Shown piece after piece: positions 1-12,176 of a stretch of DNA of 64,000 nt (position 1 is the stretch's first letter; each line of letters starts with the position of its first letter). Both the position numbers and the translations under genes were made by a program. Under the pieces are notes generated by a model that saw only the letters and a program-made list of their open reading frames with translations, was not told where the DNA came from and did not search any database. Source of the DNA: Candidatus Oxydemutatoraceae bacterium (lineage in GTDB: Bacteria > Pseudomonadota > Gammaproteobacteria > Poriferisulfidales > Oxydemutatoraceae); the NCBI GenBank assembly GCA_965218975.1, contig OZ244717.1, positions 448,001 through 512,000 of the forward strand, given 5' to 3'.

Positions 1-324
1 GAAATGATTCTTGACATAGGTCCGCGCAGTTGTAGAGCAATTGCAGAGAATATTCGACAAGCGGCAACAATACTGTGGAACGGTCCTTTGGGTCTGTTTG
101 AAGAGCCGTCATTTATGGCGGGCACACGATGCGTAGCGCAAGCAATTGCGGAAAGTGGCGCTTATTCAATTGCAGGAGGCGGCGATACCTTAGCAGCAAT
201 CGATCAACTGAATCTGGCACAGGAAGTTTCGTATATTTCAACCGGCGGCGGGGCCTTTCTTGAATTTGTTGAAGGCAAGCCGCTTCTTGCCGTTGCAGCA
301 TTAAGCGAGCATGTTATCCAATGA
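1..324 (+). CDS. pgk: Phosphoglycerate kinase, C-terminal part (truncated by window edge)
   Basis: [38 protein letters not shown] motifs. Confidence 0.95.
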   Translation, partial: EMILDIGPRSCRAIAENIRQAATILWNGPLGLFEEPSFMAGTRCVAQAIAESGAYSIAGGGDTLAAIDQLNLAQEVSYISTGGGAFLEFVEGKPLLAVAALSEHVIQ

Positions 325-1787
325 CGGAATTTAGCAAAGGAAAAGCGCCACGGCAAACGAAGATTATTGTAACTCTAGGGCCTGCCACAGATGATCCGGC
401 AGTGATTGAAGCGTTGGTCCATGCGGGCATTGATGCGGTGCGAATTAATTTTTCACATGGCGATGCGGAAGAGCATCTTGCTCGTGCGCGCATAGCTAGG
501 GATATGTCCAAGCGGGCGAAATATCATCTCGGATTGATTGGCGATTTACAGGGACCGAAGATTCGGATAGAGCGATTTGTCGAGGGGAAAGTACTGTTAA
601 AAGCCGGTCAACAGTTTGTTTTGGATGCGGGGATGGACCAGAATGCCGGAACTGCCGCCGGCGTGGGTTTGACTTACACTGATTTGTGCAAAGATATCCG
701 CAGCGGAGATGTTTTATTGGTTGACGACGGTCGGGTTGAGTTGCTTGTTTTATCGTCGGATGAAGAACGGATTGTTACCAAAGTGCGGCATGATTCGGTG
801 TTGTCAAGCAATAAAGGCCTCAACCGCAGGGGCGGCGGTTTATCCGCGCCGACTATCACGCAAAAAGATCACAAAGATATTCAGCTTGCCGCAAAGATGG
901 GTATTGATTACTTAGCCGTTTCTTTTCCAAAAAGCGCCGACGATATTTTATGTTCAAAAAAACTCTTGGAAGAAGCGGGTTGCGATGCCGGCATCATTGC
1001 AAAAATTGAACGTGCCGAGGCATTGGATGCAATTGATGAAATTATTGAAGTATCCGACGGCATTATGATCGCGCGCGGCGACCTGAATCTTGAAATCGGT
1101 GATGCCGCTTTGATTGCGGTACAAAAACGATTGATAAGGCTGGCTCGCAAGGAGCAAAAAATCGTGATTACCGCGACCGAGATGATGCAATCAATGATCG
1201 AAAATCCACGTCCGACGCGTGCTGAAATATCAGATGTCGCGAATGCGGTTCTTGATGGTACTGATGCTGTGATGTTGTCGGGTGAAACCGCGATCGGGAA
1301 GCATCCGGTTACTGCCGTTAAGACAATGAGTAGGATTTGCTACGGTGCTGAGCAGAGCGACTATCATCAATCCGGCGTTGAAGATATAAACCAAATTCCC
1401 CACCGCATTGATCAAGCAATTGCAATGGCGGCAATTCGTACCGGTAGAGATTTGCAAGCAACGGCGATTGCGGCGCTAACCGAGTCAGGTTCTTCGGCAT
1501 TATGGATGTCGCGGGTGCGTTCGTCAATTCCAATTTATGCGCTAACGCGGCATATAAAAACCTGTCGCAAAGTGACTTTGTATCGAGGTGTGTACCCTGG
1601 CGACTTGAACAGTTTGAATAAGCGGCATACACAGATCAATCGTGAGGTGATTGAGACTCTGCTTCGCTGTAAAGCGGCAGAAGACGGCGATTTAATCGTC
1701 ATCACCAAAGGCGATTTAATCGGAGTGCACGGCGGTACCAACGCAATGAAGGTTCTACGAGTCGACAATTTGCAAGAGAGAATCTAA
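321..1787 (+). CDS. pyk: Pyruvate kinase
   Basis: [43 protein letters not shown]. Confidence 0.96.
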   Translation: MTEFSKGKAPRQTKIIVTLGPATDDPAVIEALVHAGIDAVRINFSHGDAEEHLARARIARDMSKRAKYHLGLIGDLQGPKIRIERFVEGKVLLKAGQQFVLDAGMDQNAGTAAGVGLTYTDLCKDIRSGDVLLVDDGRVELLVLSSDEERIVTKVRHDSVLSSNKGLNRRGGGLSAPTITQKDHKDIQLAAKMGIDYLAVSFPKSADDILCSKKLLEEAGCDAGIIAKIERAEALDAIDEIIEVSDGIMIARGDLNLEIGDAALIAVQKRLIRLARKEQKIVITATEMMQSMIENPRPTRAEISDVANAVLDGTDAVMLSGETAIGKHPVTAVKTMSRICYGAEQSDYHQSGVEDINQIPHRIDQAIAMAAIRTGRDLQATAIAALTESGSSALWMSRVRSSIPIYALTRHIKTCRKVTLYRGVYPGDLNSLNKRHTQINREVIETLLRCKAAEDGDLIVITKGDLIGVHGGTNAMKVLRVDNLQERI

Positions 1788-1806
1788 ATACTTACCGTTT
1801 TATTAC

Positions 1807-2274
1807 TTACTCAAGAAGACTTCTCAGCATCCATGCATTTTTTTCATGCGCGGTCATGCGTTGTGTCAGTAAATCAACGGTCGGTTCATCATTTGCTTCT
1901 ATAGCGATAGGCAAGCTTTTGCGAGCGGTTTTAATTACCGCTTCCTGCCCGCTGATCAGCTGATTAATCATTGCTTTAGCATTGGGAACACGGGTTTCCT
2001 CCTTGATACTGGTCAATTTACTGAATTGTTGATAAGAACCGGGGGCCGCTACCCCTAAAGCGCGAATTCTTTCGGCAATTTGATCAACTGCCATGGCAAG
2101 TTCGTTGTATTCCTCCTCAAATAAAAGATGCAGCGTGTTGAACATAGGGCCAGTAACATTCCAGTGGAAGTTATGCGTTTTTAAATAGAGGGTATAGGAA
2201 TCGGCGAGTAAGTGAGCAAGCTGTTGAGCGATGCCTTTACGTTGTTTTTCTGGTATGCCAATATTGATTTTCAT
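1807..2274 (-). CDS. dps: Dps family DNA-protection/ferritin-like protein
   Basis: [36 protein letters not shown]. Confidence 0.93.
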   Translation of the reverse strand: MKINIGIPEKQRKGIAQQLAHLLADSYTLYLKTHNFHWNVTGPMFNTLHLLFEEEYNELAMAVDQIAERIRALGVAAPGSYQQFSKLTSIKEETRVPNAKAMINQLISGQEAVIKTARKSLPIAIEANDEPTVDLLTQRMTAHEKNAWMLRSLLE

Positions 2275-2353
2275 AGTTGTTTTTCTATAAGCTTGTTGTC
2301 CGAATTTAAGTTTTGATAGTATATATCATTAGTAGTATATATCAATTCAAGTG

Positions 2354-2626
2354 TGCACGATGCCACCCTAAATAGGATTTTTGAAGTGCTTCGAGGGAAG
2401 CGTTCGACAGTAACATTCGGATCGGTGCTTTCTGTCCGCTGCCGACATGAGGACGGTGTAGCTTATACCAGGCTAAATACTCCCATAATCGGTCATTGAA
2501 TGCTTCCGTATCAGTGAATAGCAGGTCTTCCGCATGATCGATACACTCTTCTTGGACCGTACGGTTGAAGCGTTTAATGTGCGCATTCATTTTCGGATAC
2601 TTGGGATAGGTCAGCCACTGCTCATT
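2354..2626 (-). mobile_element. IS481-family remnant (transposase C-terminus plus element end), NOT interrupted by the 98-bp element
   Basis: YPKYPKMNAHIKRFNRTVQEE...NDRLWEYLAWYKLHRPH; end TGCACGATGCCACCC matches TGTACGATGCCACCC ends elsewhere in the window. Confidence 0.85.
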
Positions 2627-2758
2627 GAAACTCACTGCCGCTACGCTCGCGCCGGATGACCGCCAAAACTGCATTTTAGCTTTTGTTCTCCGGAAAGCTT
2701 CAAGGCAATAATAGTCATAAATCCTGCATAGCTTATAACGGCCACAAATACCGGCTAT

Positions 2759-3306
2759 TCACCTCCACCTCGCTCTCATCGCAGACACTTCCCGCGCAGA
2801 AAAGAAATGTTGCGTGTGTTTATGGTTGCATATTTGATCTATATATTCAGGGGAGAACTTAATTCTTTGTTTCATTTCCTGGTTAAACCATTCCAGCGAT
2901 CGCGTTATTCTATGTTTGGTCCGCCGTTTCCACACGCTGATGTCTGTGGAAGGCGTACTTCCCCTTTTATTCCTCTCTGGAATCATAAAGAAGAATACAG
3001 CCGACAAGGCTCTCTCAATCGGATTTCGCACCAAACTGATCAAGTAGTATGTATCGGAATAAACAAACACTTTTTTCGGGTCCATAATTCTTTGAAAATC
3101 ATGTGCTTGCGCTACTGTGATTAGCTTTGTATGACTTAAAGATCTTTTAATGATATGAGGATTGACGTCGAACCGGCTTTTGGTACCGTATAGACAATGA
3201 TTGAGCTATGATTGAATATTTTACAAATAGCCCTGAATATCCGGGGCCTCCATGGTCGTAATACATTTTTAAGTACTTTAATGCCCGAGTTGTGTGAAAA
3301 AAACAT
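2759..3306 (-). pseudogene. Frameshifted sulfotransferase-like gene
   Basis: IVYTVPKAGSTS (5'-PSB-like) and SLVRNPIERALS (3'-PB-like) motifs lie in two frames with a shift near 3136. Confidence 0.6.
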
Positions 3307-3326
3307 ATAAGCCAAACAGTTATATA

Positions 3327-4112
3327 TTAAACGAGTGCCGTTTCGGCGGAAAATTCTGCAACGACCGGTACGTGGTCGGAAGGACGCTCCCAAACGCGCG
3401 GTTCTCGATCGATATATGCTTGCTTGCACTTACGTGTTAGCACGCCACTGGCCAGAATTAAGTCTATTCTCATCCCTTCGTTGCGCCGATAAGCGCCACC
3501 GCGATAATCCCACCAGCTGAACGTTTTAGGTGGCTGTCGGAATAAGCGAAACGTATCCGTGAGCCCTAAACCCATCATCTGTTTTAACGCATCGCGCTCG
3601 GGTTTGCTGCATAAAATTTTTCCCTGCCAAAGAGCCGGGTCATACACATCTTCATCAGCCGGTGTAATATTGAAGTCCCCTACAATCACTGTTTGCCGGT
3701 ATCGTCTTAGTTCTCTTTTGATCCACGCGGTCACGTGTTGTAACCATTCCAGCTTTGCAGCATATTTATCCGAACCCACTTCGCCGCCATTGATTACATA
3801 CAAGTTAATTATACGTACACCTCTTACAGTTGCCGCTAAAGTACGTTTTTGTGTCGTATCAATTCCTGATGGCAATCGCTCAACTTCGTCCGGCGGTTGA
3901 CAGCACAATAGAGCAACTCCATTGTAAGTCTTCTGCCCGGAATAAACGGCATGATAGCCTGCCTCACGAACTGCTTCGATAGGAAATTCCTCGTCGATAA
4001 CTTTAGTTTCCTGCAATGCCAGCACATGCGGTGTTGCTAACTTAAGCCAATCCAATACATGCGGTAGACGCACACGCAATGAATTGACGTTCCATGAAGC
4101 GATTTTCACCAA
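3327..4112 (-). CDS. xthA: Exodeoxyribonuclease III
   Basis: KIASWNVNSLR, LQETK, GQKTYNGVA, GDFNI, WWDYR, RIDLIL, PSDHVPV. Confidence 0.95.
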   Translation of the reverse strand: MVKIASWNVNSLRVRLPHVLDWLKLATPHVLALQETKVIDEEFPIEAVREAGYHAVYSGQKTYNGVALLCCQPPDEVERLPSGIDTTQKRTLAATVRGVRIINLYVINGGEVGSDKYAAKLEWLQHVTAWIKRELRRYRQTVIVGDFNITPADEDVYDPALWQGKILCSKPERDALKQMMGLGLTDTFRLFRQPPKTFSWWDYRGGAYRRNEGMRIDLILASGVLTRKCKQAYIDREPRVWERPSDHVPVVAEFSAETALV

Positions 4113-4116
4113 ACAG

Positions 4117-6564
<2,448 letters not shown>

Positions 6565-6575
6565 TTACTAATAAT

Positions 6576-7273
6576 TGTACGATTCCACCTTAAATGGGAT
6601 TTTTGAAGGGCTTCGGGGGAAACGTTCGGCAGTAACATTCGGATCGGTGCTTTCTGTCCGTTGCCGGCATGAGAGCGGTGCAGGGTGAGACGCGCCACTG
6701 AAAACCGATCGGTTTTCAGTGGCGAACGACCCAACAAGGACGTCGGGGCTGGCGCTCATTGACAGAACCGAGTCTCGTTATGAACGACAGGCACTTTGCT
6801 AGATTGCGGCAGTACCGACACTATACACACCAGGGTCAGGCGCAGGAATGCGGCTGCGTTGCGGCTGTTACAGCGATTGGTTGCTACTGCTATTGCCATT
6901 CAGGTATAGACATCAATGGCCGTTAAGACGTAGCGGCGCACTCCGTGCTGATCACGCACAATCGTATCCAGGGCGATGCAATGCCCTGGATACTGTGCTT
7001 TGAAGTGTTTCGGCTTGCGTGCCCTGCAACGGCGCTTAAACGGTCGTTTTGTTTGTCCTTTGGCATTCAGCCGCTGCGGAATACAGCGCATTTTATCCGG
7101 CGCATCTGCGGTCAGGCGCTTTGCCGCGGTCATGCAAGGCGCTGAGCCCAGTGCGGCAATAACGTTAGCGCCAGCGGTACAAAGTGTTGCAACCGACCTT
7201 GAATGCGTTATAGAGCATCATGTTTTTGTTGAGCCATTGTGTTCATAATAGCTTCTATTTTTGAAGTGTACAT
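6576..7273 (-). mobile_element. IS481-family deletion derivative carrying one 98-bp element
   Basis: TGTACGATTCCACC end at 6576; transposase blocks ADAPDKMR...CIALDTIVR and MNTMAQQK start; element at 6683-6781. Confidence 0.85.
6683..6800 (+). repeat. 98-bp structured element (99-bp variant) plus short tail
   Basis: GGGTGAGACGCGCC...GAAAACCGATCGGTTTTC...TTGACAGAACCGAGTCTCGTTAT. Confidence 0.92.
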
Positions 7274-7500
7274 ATCCAGTACATTACCGGGTTTTTTTGG
7301 GTTGTTTGGGACCAACATTTGACACGGCGACTGTTAACCTAATCCGGCTGTAGTGCGATTGATATAGCTGGCAGTGACTACCGTACAACTCCAAAGCCGC
7401 GAGTCCACATCAATCACGTTCAGGATATAACGGCATGCCCTAGAAAGTATTTGTTGATATATATTCAGCATATAGAGAGTGAAAAGATGGTTTTCTAAAT

Positions 7501-7516
7501 TGTTTCACGTGAAACA
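7501..7516. promoter_or_regulatory. parS centromere-like site
   Basis: Perfect TGTTTCACGTGAAACA palindrome, the canonical ParB site, near dnaA and parAB. Confidence 0.92.
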
Positions 7517-7570
7517 ATATCCGCTGATAGATTCGACTGGGCTTATTTAACCGGATTCCCTATTATAAGG

Positions 7571-8111
7571 TGTATTAGATCCATAACATTTGGTACTCCG
7601 GGTGGTGAGTCAGGAGCGATTGTATCGGGAGATTGCAACCCCAGTGAATGATGGGGCGTTGGGTGTTGTAAAACACCGGCCATTGCGCCAATTCCCAATC
7701 AAAACAGAGGCCACATCAATGAACAGGAGCCTCTCGCAAAGAGCTGCGCGGTTGTCCGTGAATGATTCCTGCAAGCTACGGTTGAAGCGCTCGACGTGCG
7801 CGTTCATCTTTGGCGACTTCGGATAGGTCCACCAGTGGGTGGTCCGGCGCTGTTTCAACTCGGTCTCGAAGTCCTTCATAAACTCCGAGCCGTTGTCGGA
7901 CAAGATATAGCCGATCGGTTTCGGCACCAGTTCTGCCTTATCGCAGGCAGCGGCCATGCCATGGCTTTCCTGGAAGGTGAGAATTTTGAGTCTTTGTTTT
8001 GCATCGTAAGTCATAGTATCCCAACTATGCCTAATTTCAGCAACCCGGTAAAATCCCCGGATTCGATAGCCTATATGTCAGATTTGCAAGGCTTCTGAGC
8101 TTATGTATACA
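7571..8111 (-). mobile_element. Degraded IS481-family element of a second subfamily (ends approximate)
   Basis: ILSDNGSEF, WTYPKSPKMNAHVERFNRSLQESF, with internal deletions. Confidence 0.75.
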
Positions 8112-8185
8112 CAAAAGATATGTGACTCTTAACTGCGGTTATTTATCATGTTCTGTATCTAATTGTTCTTATATGTAGCTATCTT

Positions 8186-9298
8186 TTAGACCTGGGTCGG
8201 CATAATAATGTTTTTAGTCGCATCTGTGTTCTCTTCACGAATTTGCGCTCCGCTATTACTATCCCTATATTCAAAATAGAATTTTTCACTTTCGGTTACC
8301 GTTAACACGTCTAATAAATATTGTGCATTAAAAGCAATTTGAAACTCCGTACCTTCATAGTTAATCTCTTGTTCAACCTCTGCTTTTTCCCCCTCCTTAT
8401 TCTGTGTAACTGCAAGGAGTCTGTGCTTACTAAAATCCAAACGGACATTCGAGGTCCTATCTTCTCTAATTACACATGCAGCTTCCAGTGTTCGACGAAA
8501 TATTGCTGTATCAATCAGTACTGTCTCAGTAAACTTTTGAGGGATTACTCGCTGATAATCCGGATATTCTGCTTCGATCAACTGCGCTGTAATTGTTATA
8601 TTCTTATATGTTACGCATATTTGTCGCTCCGATATCTTTATTTTTGCGCTGTCATCATCTTTACTGTCAAGAAGCTTCTGTAACTCTAAAACAACTTTTC
8701 GCGGAAGAATCACTTGTCTATTACTATCATTTCCTGCTATCGCTTTTGGGAGCTGGCAAAGCGCTAAACGGTGTCCATCTGTCGCAACTACCGTCACTTC
8801 TTCCTGGTCCACAGACAATAAAGCACCATTTAAGTAATAGCGTGAATCATTTTGAGCCATAGCGTGAGAAATTTTCTCTATCAGATATTTCATATCGCCG
8901 GACTTTACTACCACCTCCATAGCATCTTCAGCACTCTTTTGTTTTGGAAACTCATCTGCCGATATTGTATTTAGCAGATAGTTCTGCTTTTCAATTTGCA
9001 GCATCACATTTTGTTGATTATTACTGAGAGAAACCCGAGCATCTTTAGGACTATTCCGACAAGCGTCCAATAATTTTTGGCCTGAGACCAAAACAGGCGA
9101 GTTTTCTTCTAATGAAACATCACTAACAAACCACCGAATTTCAATTAGGTGATCTGTCGCTGTTAAAACACATCCTCCGGATGGGGCTGCTTCAATCAGA
9201 ATCATGCTTAGGGATGTTAGCGTTTGGCGTCTCTCAATGATATTACAAAGTGTTGAAACAGCCGGCAAGAGAGCATTATTTGAAACAGAAAATTTCAT
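8186..9298 (-). CDS. dnaN: DNA polymerase III beta clamp
   Basis: LTATD, SRYYLNG, VATDGHRL, YPDYQRVIP, IAFNAQYLLDVL, IIMP; downstream of dnaA. Confidence 0.94.
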   Translation of the reverse strand: MKFSVSNNALLPAVSTLCNIIERRQTLTSLSMILIEAAPSGGCVLTATDHLIEIRWFVSDVSLEENSPVLVSGQKLLDACRNSPKDARVSLSNNQQNVMLQIEKQNYLLNTISADEFPKQKSAEDAMEVVVKSGDMKYLIEKISHAMAQNDSRYYLNGALLSVDQEEVTVVATDGHRLALCQLPKAIAGNDSNRQVILPRKVVLELQKLLDSKDDDSAKIKISERQICVTYKNITITAQLIEAEYPDYQRVIPQKFTETVLIDTAIFRRTLEAACVIREDRTSNVRLDFSKHRLLAVTQNKEGEKAEVEQEINYEGTEFQIAFNAQYLLDVLTVTESEKFYFEYRDSNSGAQIREENTDATKNIIMPTQV

Positions 9299-9532
9299 GT
9301 TTTTACCTTTCTTATTATTTATTATAAATTCTGAGAAGCTTTCTTATATTTATGATTATATGATGATTTCACTTGCCATTCACCGTTAGATTTATTTCTT
9401 ATCTATTGTCTTTCCGCGATTTTATCTATTTATTGTTTTGTGATTTACTTGTGGAAACAAGGCCTGTTTTTTGTTGACAGTTTTTCCATTATAGATAAGA
9501 TTAAGAATTCTATATTTTTTTCCACAGTTTAT
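9299..9532. promoter_or_regulatory. Probable oriC (dnaA-dnaN intergenic)
   Basis: Very AT-rich; DnaA-box consensus TTTTCCACA near 9518, degenerate TGTGGAAAC near 9450, 13-mer-like ATCTATTTATT near 9424. Confidence 0.6.
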
Positions 9533-10945
9533 CTACCGGTTCTCTTCCTGTTGTAATTTAAGTTTGATCTCCTTATATTTTTGGTGAAGATGCGAATCTG
9601 CTTTTAGTATCGCTTTAATTTTGCGACAGGCGTAAATTACAGTTGTATGATCACGTCCTCCAAAGGCGGCTCCAATCTCAGGGAGGCTTTTGTCAGTTAA
9701 TTTTTTGCAGAGGTACATTGCTATTTGTCGCGGTCTTACTAAAGAACGAGTTCGCCGTGGGCAGGATAAGTCTGCAGTACTGACCTGGAATGAACGTGCA
9801 GTTGCGTTCTGAATCTTTTCAATCGAAAAGAGCGTTTCATTGGGGGCAATTAAATCTGCAACCGCATTTTGTGCAAGAGCAAGGGTAATAGGGGCCTGCT
9901 GCTGGAATTCGCTACAGGCTTTTAACCGTTGCAGTGCTCCTTCAAGGGCACGAACAGTGTGAATTTTGTTTGAAATGTAGTTTGCTACTTCTTTTGGAAC
10001 AGAAAAGTTTTGTCGGCGGCCTTTCTGCTGCAAAATTGCAATTTTGGTTTCAAGTTCCGGAGGGCTGATGGATTGTAGAAGGCCGGAAGAGAAACGTGAG
10101 CGCAGGCGTTTTTCAATAAAACCCATTTCTTGCGGGTACATATCGCCAGCAAAAATTATTCGTTTGTTGAACTCAAATAGGGTGTTGAAAAGATGAAAGA
10201 ATTCTTCTTGACAATGCTTTTTATCTTTTAGCATCTGTACGTCATCAACAAGCAAAACATCAACGGTACGTAATCGTCTTCGTAAGGCCTCGATTTGCTC
10301 ATGGTTATTTTGGCGGCTACAAAGAGCTTTTACAACTTGTCGGACGAACAGAACAGAATGCAGATATAGCACTTTTACGTTGGGGTCTTGGCTGATAACC
10401 TTATTTCCAACAGCATGAAGCAAGTGTGTTTTTCCTAGGCCGACACCACCGCGGATGAAGAGTGGATTATATGAAGTCTGTCGATTCTGTGCTACTTCCT
10501 TTGCTGCGCTTAAAGCCATTTGGTTGGATGGTCCGGCAATGAAGTTTTCGAAGGAATAATTTGAGATTAATAAATCTTGCCAGTGAATGTTTCCGTACAC
10601 TGCAGCGTGTGTACGGCTGTTTGTTTGAGATGAGTTTATGCCTGGATGTTGTTCGGCGCATCCCTTCAGCGAAGTTGAGTCTGTGTAGCTTGAGCTTGAG
10701 CCGACTGCAAAAGAGAGGTGAATCTCTTGGTTAGTTAAGCTTTTTAAGGCGGCTTTAATTTGCGGTAAGAAACATTCTCTAATTTTATTTAGGACGAATT
10801 GGTTCGGAGCAAATAAGGTTAAACGGTTGTTATTTTCTCCTTTGAAATTTCCTACTGCTTGTAGCGGACGGATCCATGTATTGAGGTTTTCTTCCTCAAT
10901 ATTGTGAGAAAGTTCACCGACACATTGCTTCCAAAGATCAAACAT
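9533..10945 (-). CDS. dnaA: Chromosomal replication initiator DnaA
   Basis: TWIRPL, YNPLFIRGGVGLGKTHL, LLVDDVQ, RQIAMYL, IGAAFGGRDHTTV. Confidence 0.97.
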   Translation of the reverse strand: MFDLWKQCVGELSHNIEEENLNTWIRPLQAVGNFKGENNNRLTLFAPNQFVLNKIRECFLPQIKAALKSLTNQEIHLSFAVGSSSSYTDSTSLKGCAEQHPGINSSQTNSRTHAAVYGNIHWQDLLISNYSFENFIAGPSNQMALSAAKEVAQNRQTSYNPLFIRGGVGLGKTHLLHAVGNKVISQDPNVKVLYLHSVLFVRQVVKALCSRQNNHEQIEALRRRLRTVDVLLVDDVQMLKDKKHCQEEFFHLFNTLFEFNKRIIFAGDMYPQEMGFIEKRLRSRFSSGLLQSISPPELETKIAILQQKGRRQNFSVPKEVANYISNKIHTVRALEGALQRLKACSEFQQQAPITLALAQNAVADLIAPNETLFSIEKIQNATARSFQVSTADLSCPRRTRSLVRPRQIAMYLCKKLTDKSLPEIGAAFGGRDHTTVIYACRKIKAILKADSHLHQKYKEIKLKLQQEENR

Positions 10946-11167
10946 AAATGTAAAACTAGGTCTATTCGTTTACAACGAAGATTTTTTTGCGACTCTATTA
11001 GGGTAGAAAGTTTAGCCGATGTTTTGATTAAGAGTCGTTATGTAATAAAAAAGCAGCAGAAAATAAGAAAGAAAAAAACTTCAATTTTTATAACCGAAGC
11101 GACACTATAAAAAGGTGTTGATAAACCGAAAGTTTGTTTTGAACATTTTGTACAGGTACTGCTCACT

Positions 11168-11469
11168 GGCAGCAGTAAAGTCTTTGAGCTGATGAGACTG
11201 TTTTGTGTTTGTTGCCGGATTTTCGGCGGATTGTGCCGGATTATCGGCAAAGTGCCTGTCACCCATGACGAGACTTGGTTCTGTCAATGAGCACTAGACC
11301 CGACATCCTTGTCGGGTCGTTAGCCGCTGAAAACCGATCGGTTTTCCGGGCGCGTCTCACCCTGCACCGTCCTCATGCCGGCAACGGGCAGAAAGCACCG
11401 ATCCGAATGTTACTGCCGAACGCTTCCCTCGAAGCCCTTTAAAAATCCCATTTAGGGTGGCATCGTACA
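11168..11469 (+). mobile_element. Miniature IS481 derivative: transposase fragment, tail, 98-bp element (11265-11362), IS end
   Basis: Ends in GGGTGGCATCGTACA at 11469; element ATGACGAGAC...GTCTCACCC. Confidence 0.88.
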
Positions 11470-11474
11470 ACTAA

Positions 11475-11503
11475 TTGACAAAACGGTTAAAAAGTCATAT
11501 TTT
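11475..11503 (+). promoter_or_regulatory. Putative sigma70 promoter for rpmH
   Basis: TTGACA-17 bp-TATTTT upstream of the rpmH start. Confidence 0.45.
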
Positions 11504-11541
11504 ACCCCACAAGAGAGCGGTGAATTTTGATTGCATATCTA

Positions 11542-11676
11542 ATGAAAAGAACCTTTCAACCAAGCAAAGTTAAACGGAAACGGGCTCATGGATTTCGTGC
11601 ACGGATGCGTACCTGTAGCGGGCGTGCAATTCTAACTGCACGCCGGAGAAAGGGGCGGGCGCGCCTATCCGCATAG
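11542..11676 (+). CDS. rpmH: 50S ribosomal protein L34 (not in ORF track)
   Basis: Manual translation [44 protein letters not shown]. Confidence 0.97.
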   Translation: MKRTFQPSKVKRKRAHGFRARMRTCSGRAILTARRRKGRARLSA

Positions 11677-11763
11677 CAGTCGTTAATTATTATTGTGTAC
11701 ATAGGTTATCGGGATGCCTACCCAAGTATGGAGCGATACCGACAAGCTATGTGATGTATCTGT

Positions 11764-12174
11764 GTGTCCGGTAGAGTGGCACACTTATTTCCTGCTTCAG
11801 CCTACCGGTTACGGAAACACAGAGAATTTGATCGAGTGCTATATAACTCACAATCAGTGCGGATTTCACACCGAACGGCTATTATTTATGCATGCCCGAA
11901 TGCTTATCAATACCCGCGGTTGGGAATAACAGTTTCGCGCAAAGCTGCAAAAAAAGCTGCCGCGCGTAATCGAATCAAGCGTCTTATCCGTGTCAGTTTC
12001 ATGCGGAACCGCCAACGCCTTCTGTGTGTTGACACAGTTGTGATTTGCCGGCACGGTAGCGCCACACGAACATCTGTCGAGTGGCTCCATACGCTTGAAC
12101 AAATGTGGATAAAAGTAGCGAAGGGAGTGCAACAGCAATGTGTGTTTCCGCCGCCGACAGGAAACAGTCTGTAA
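11764..12174 (+). CDS. rnpA: Ribonuclease P protein component
   Basis: RLRKHREF, PRLGITVSRK, AAARNRIKRLIR; synteny. Confidence 0.92.
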   Translation: MSGRVAHLFPASAYRLRKHREFDRVLYNSQSVRISHRTAIIYACPNAYQYPRLGITVSRKAAKKAAARNRIKRLIRVSFMRNRQRLLCVDTVVICRHGSATRTSVEWLHTLEQMWIKVAKGVQQQCVFPPPTGNSL

Positions 12175-12176
12175 TT

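Noticed and set aside
11289-11362. 98-bp unit as group II intron domains V-VI (consensus has a 34-nt GAGC...GTTC stem followed by a hairpin and ...CACCCTG)
   Set aside because: No GNRA loop or 3'-side 2-nt bulge, and the AGC triad varies among copies (GAGC, GATC, GAAC, GAGA). Not called, though a cmsearch would be a cheap check.
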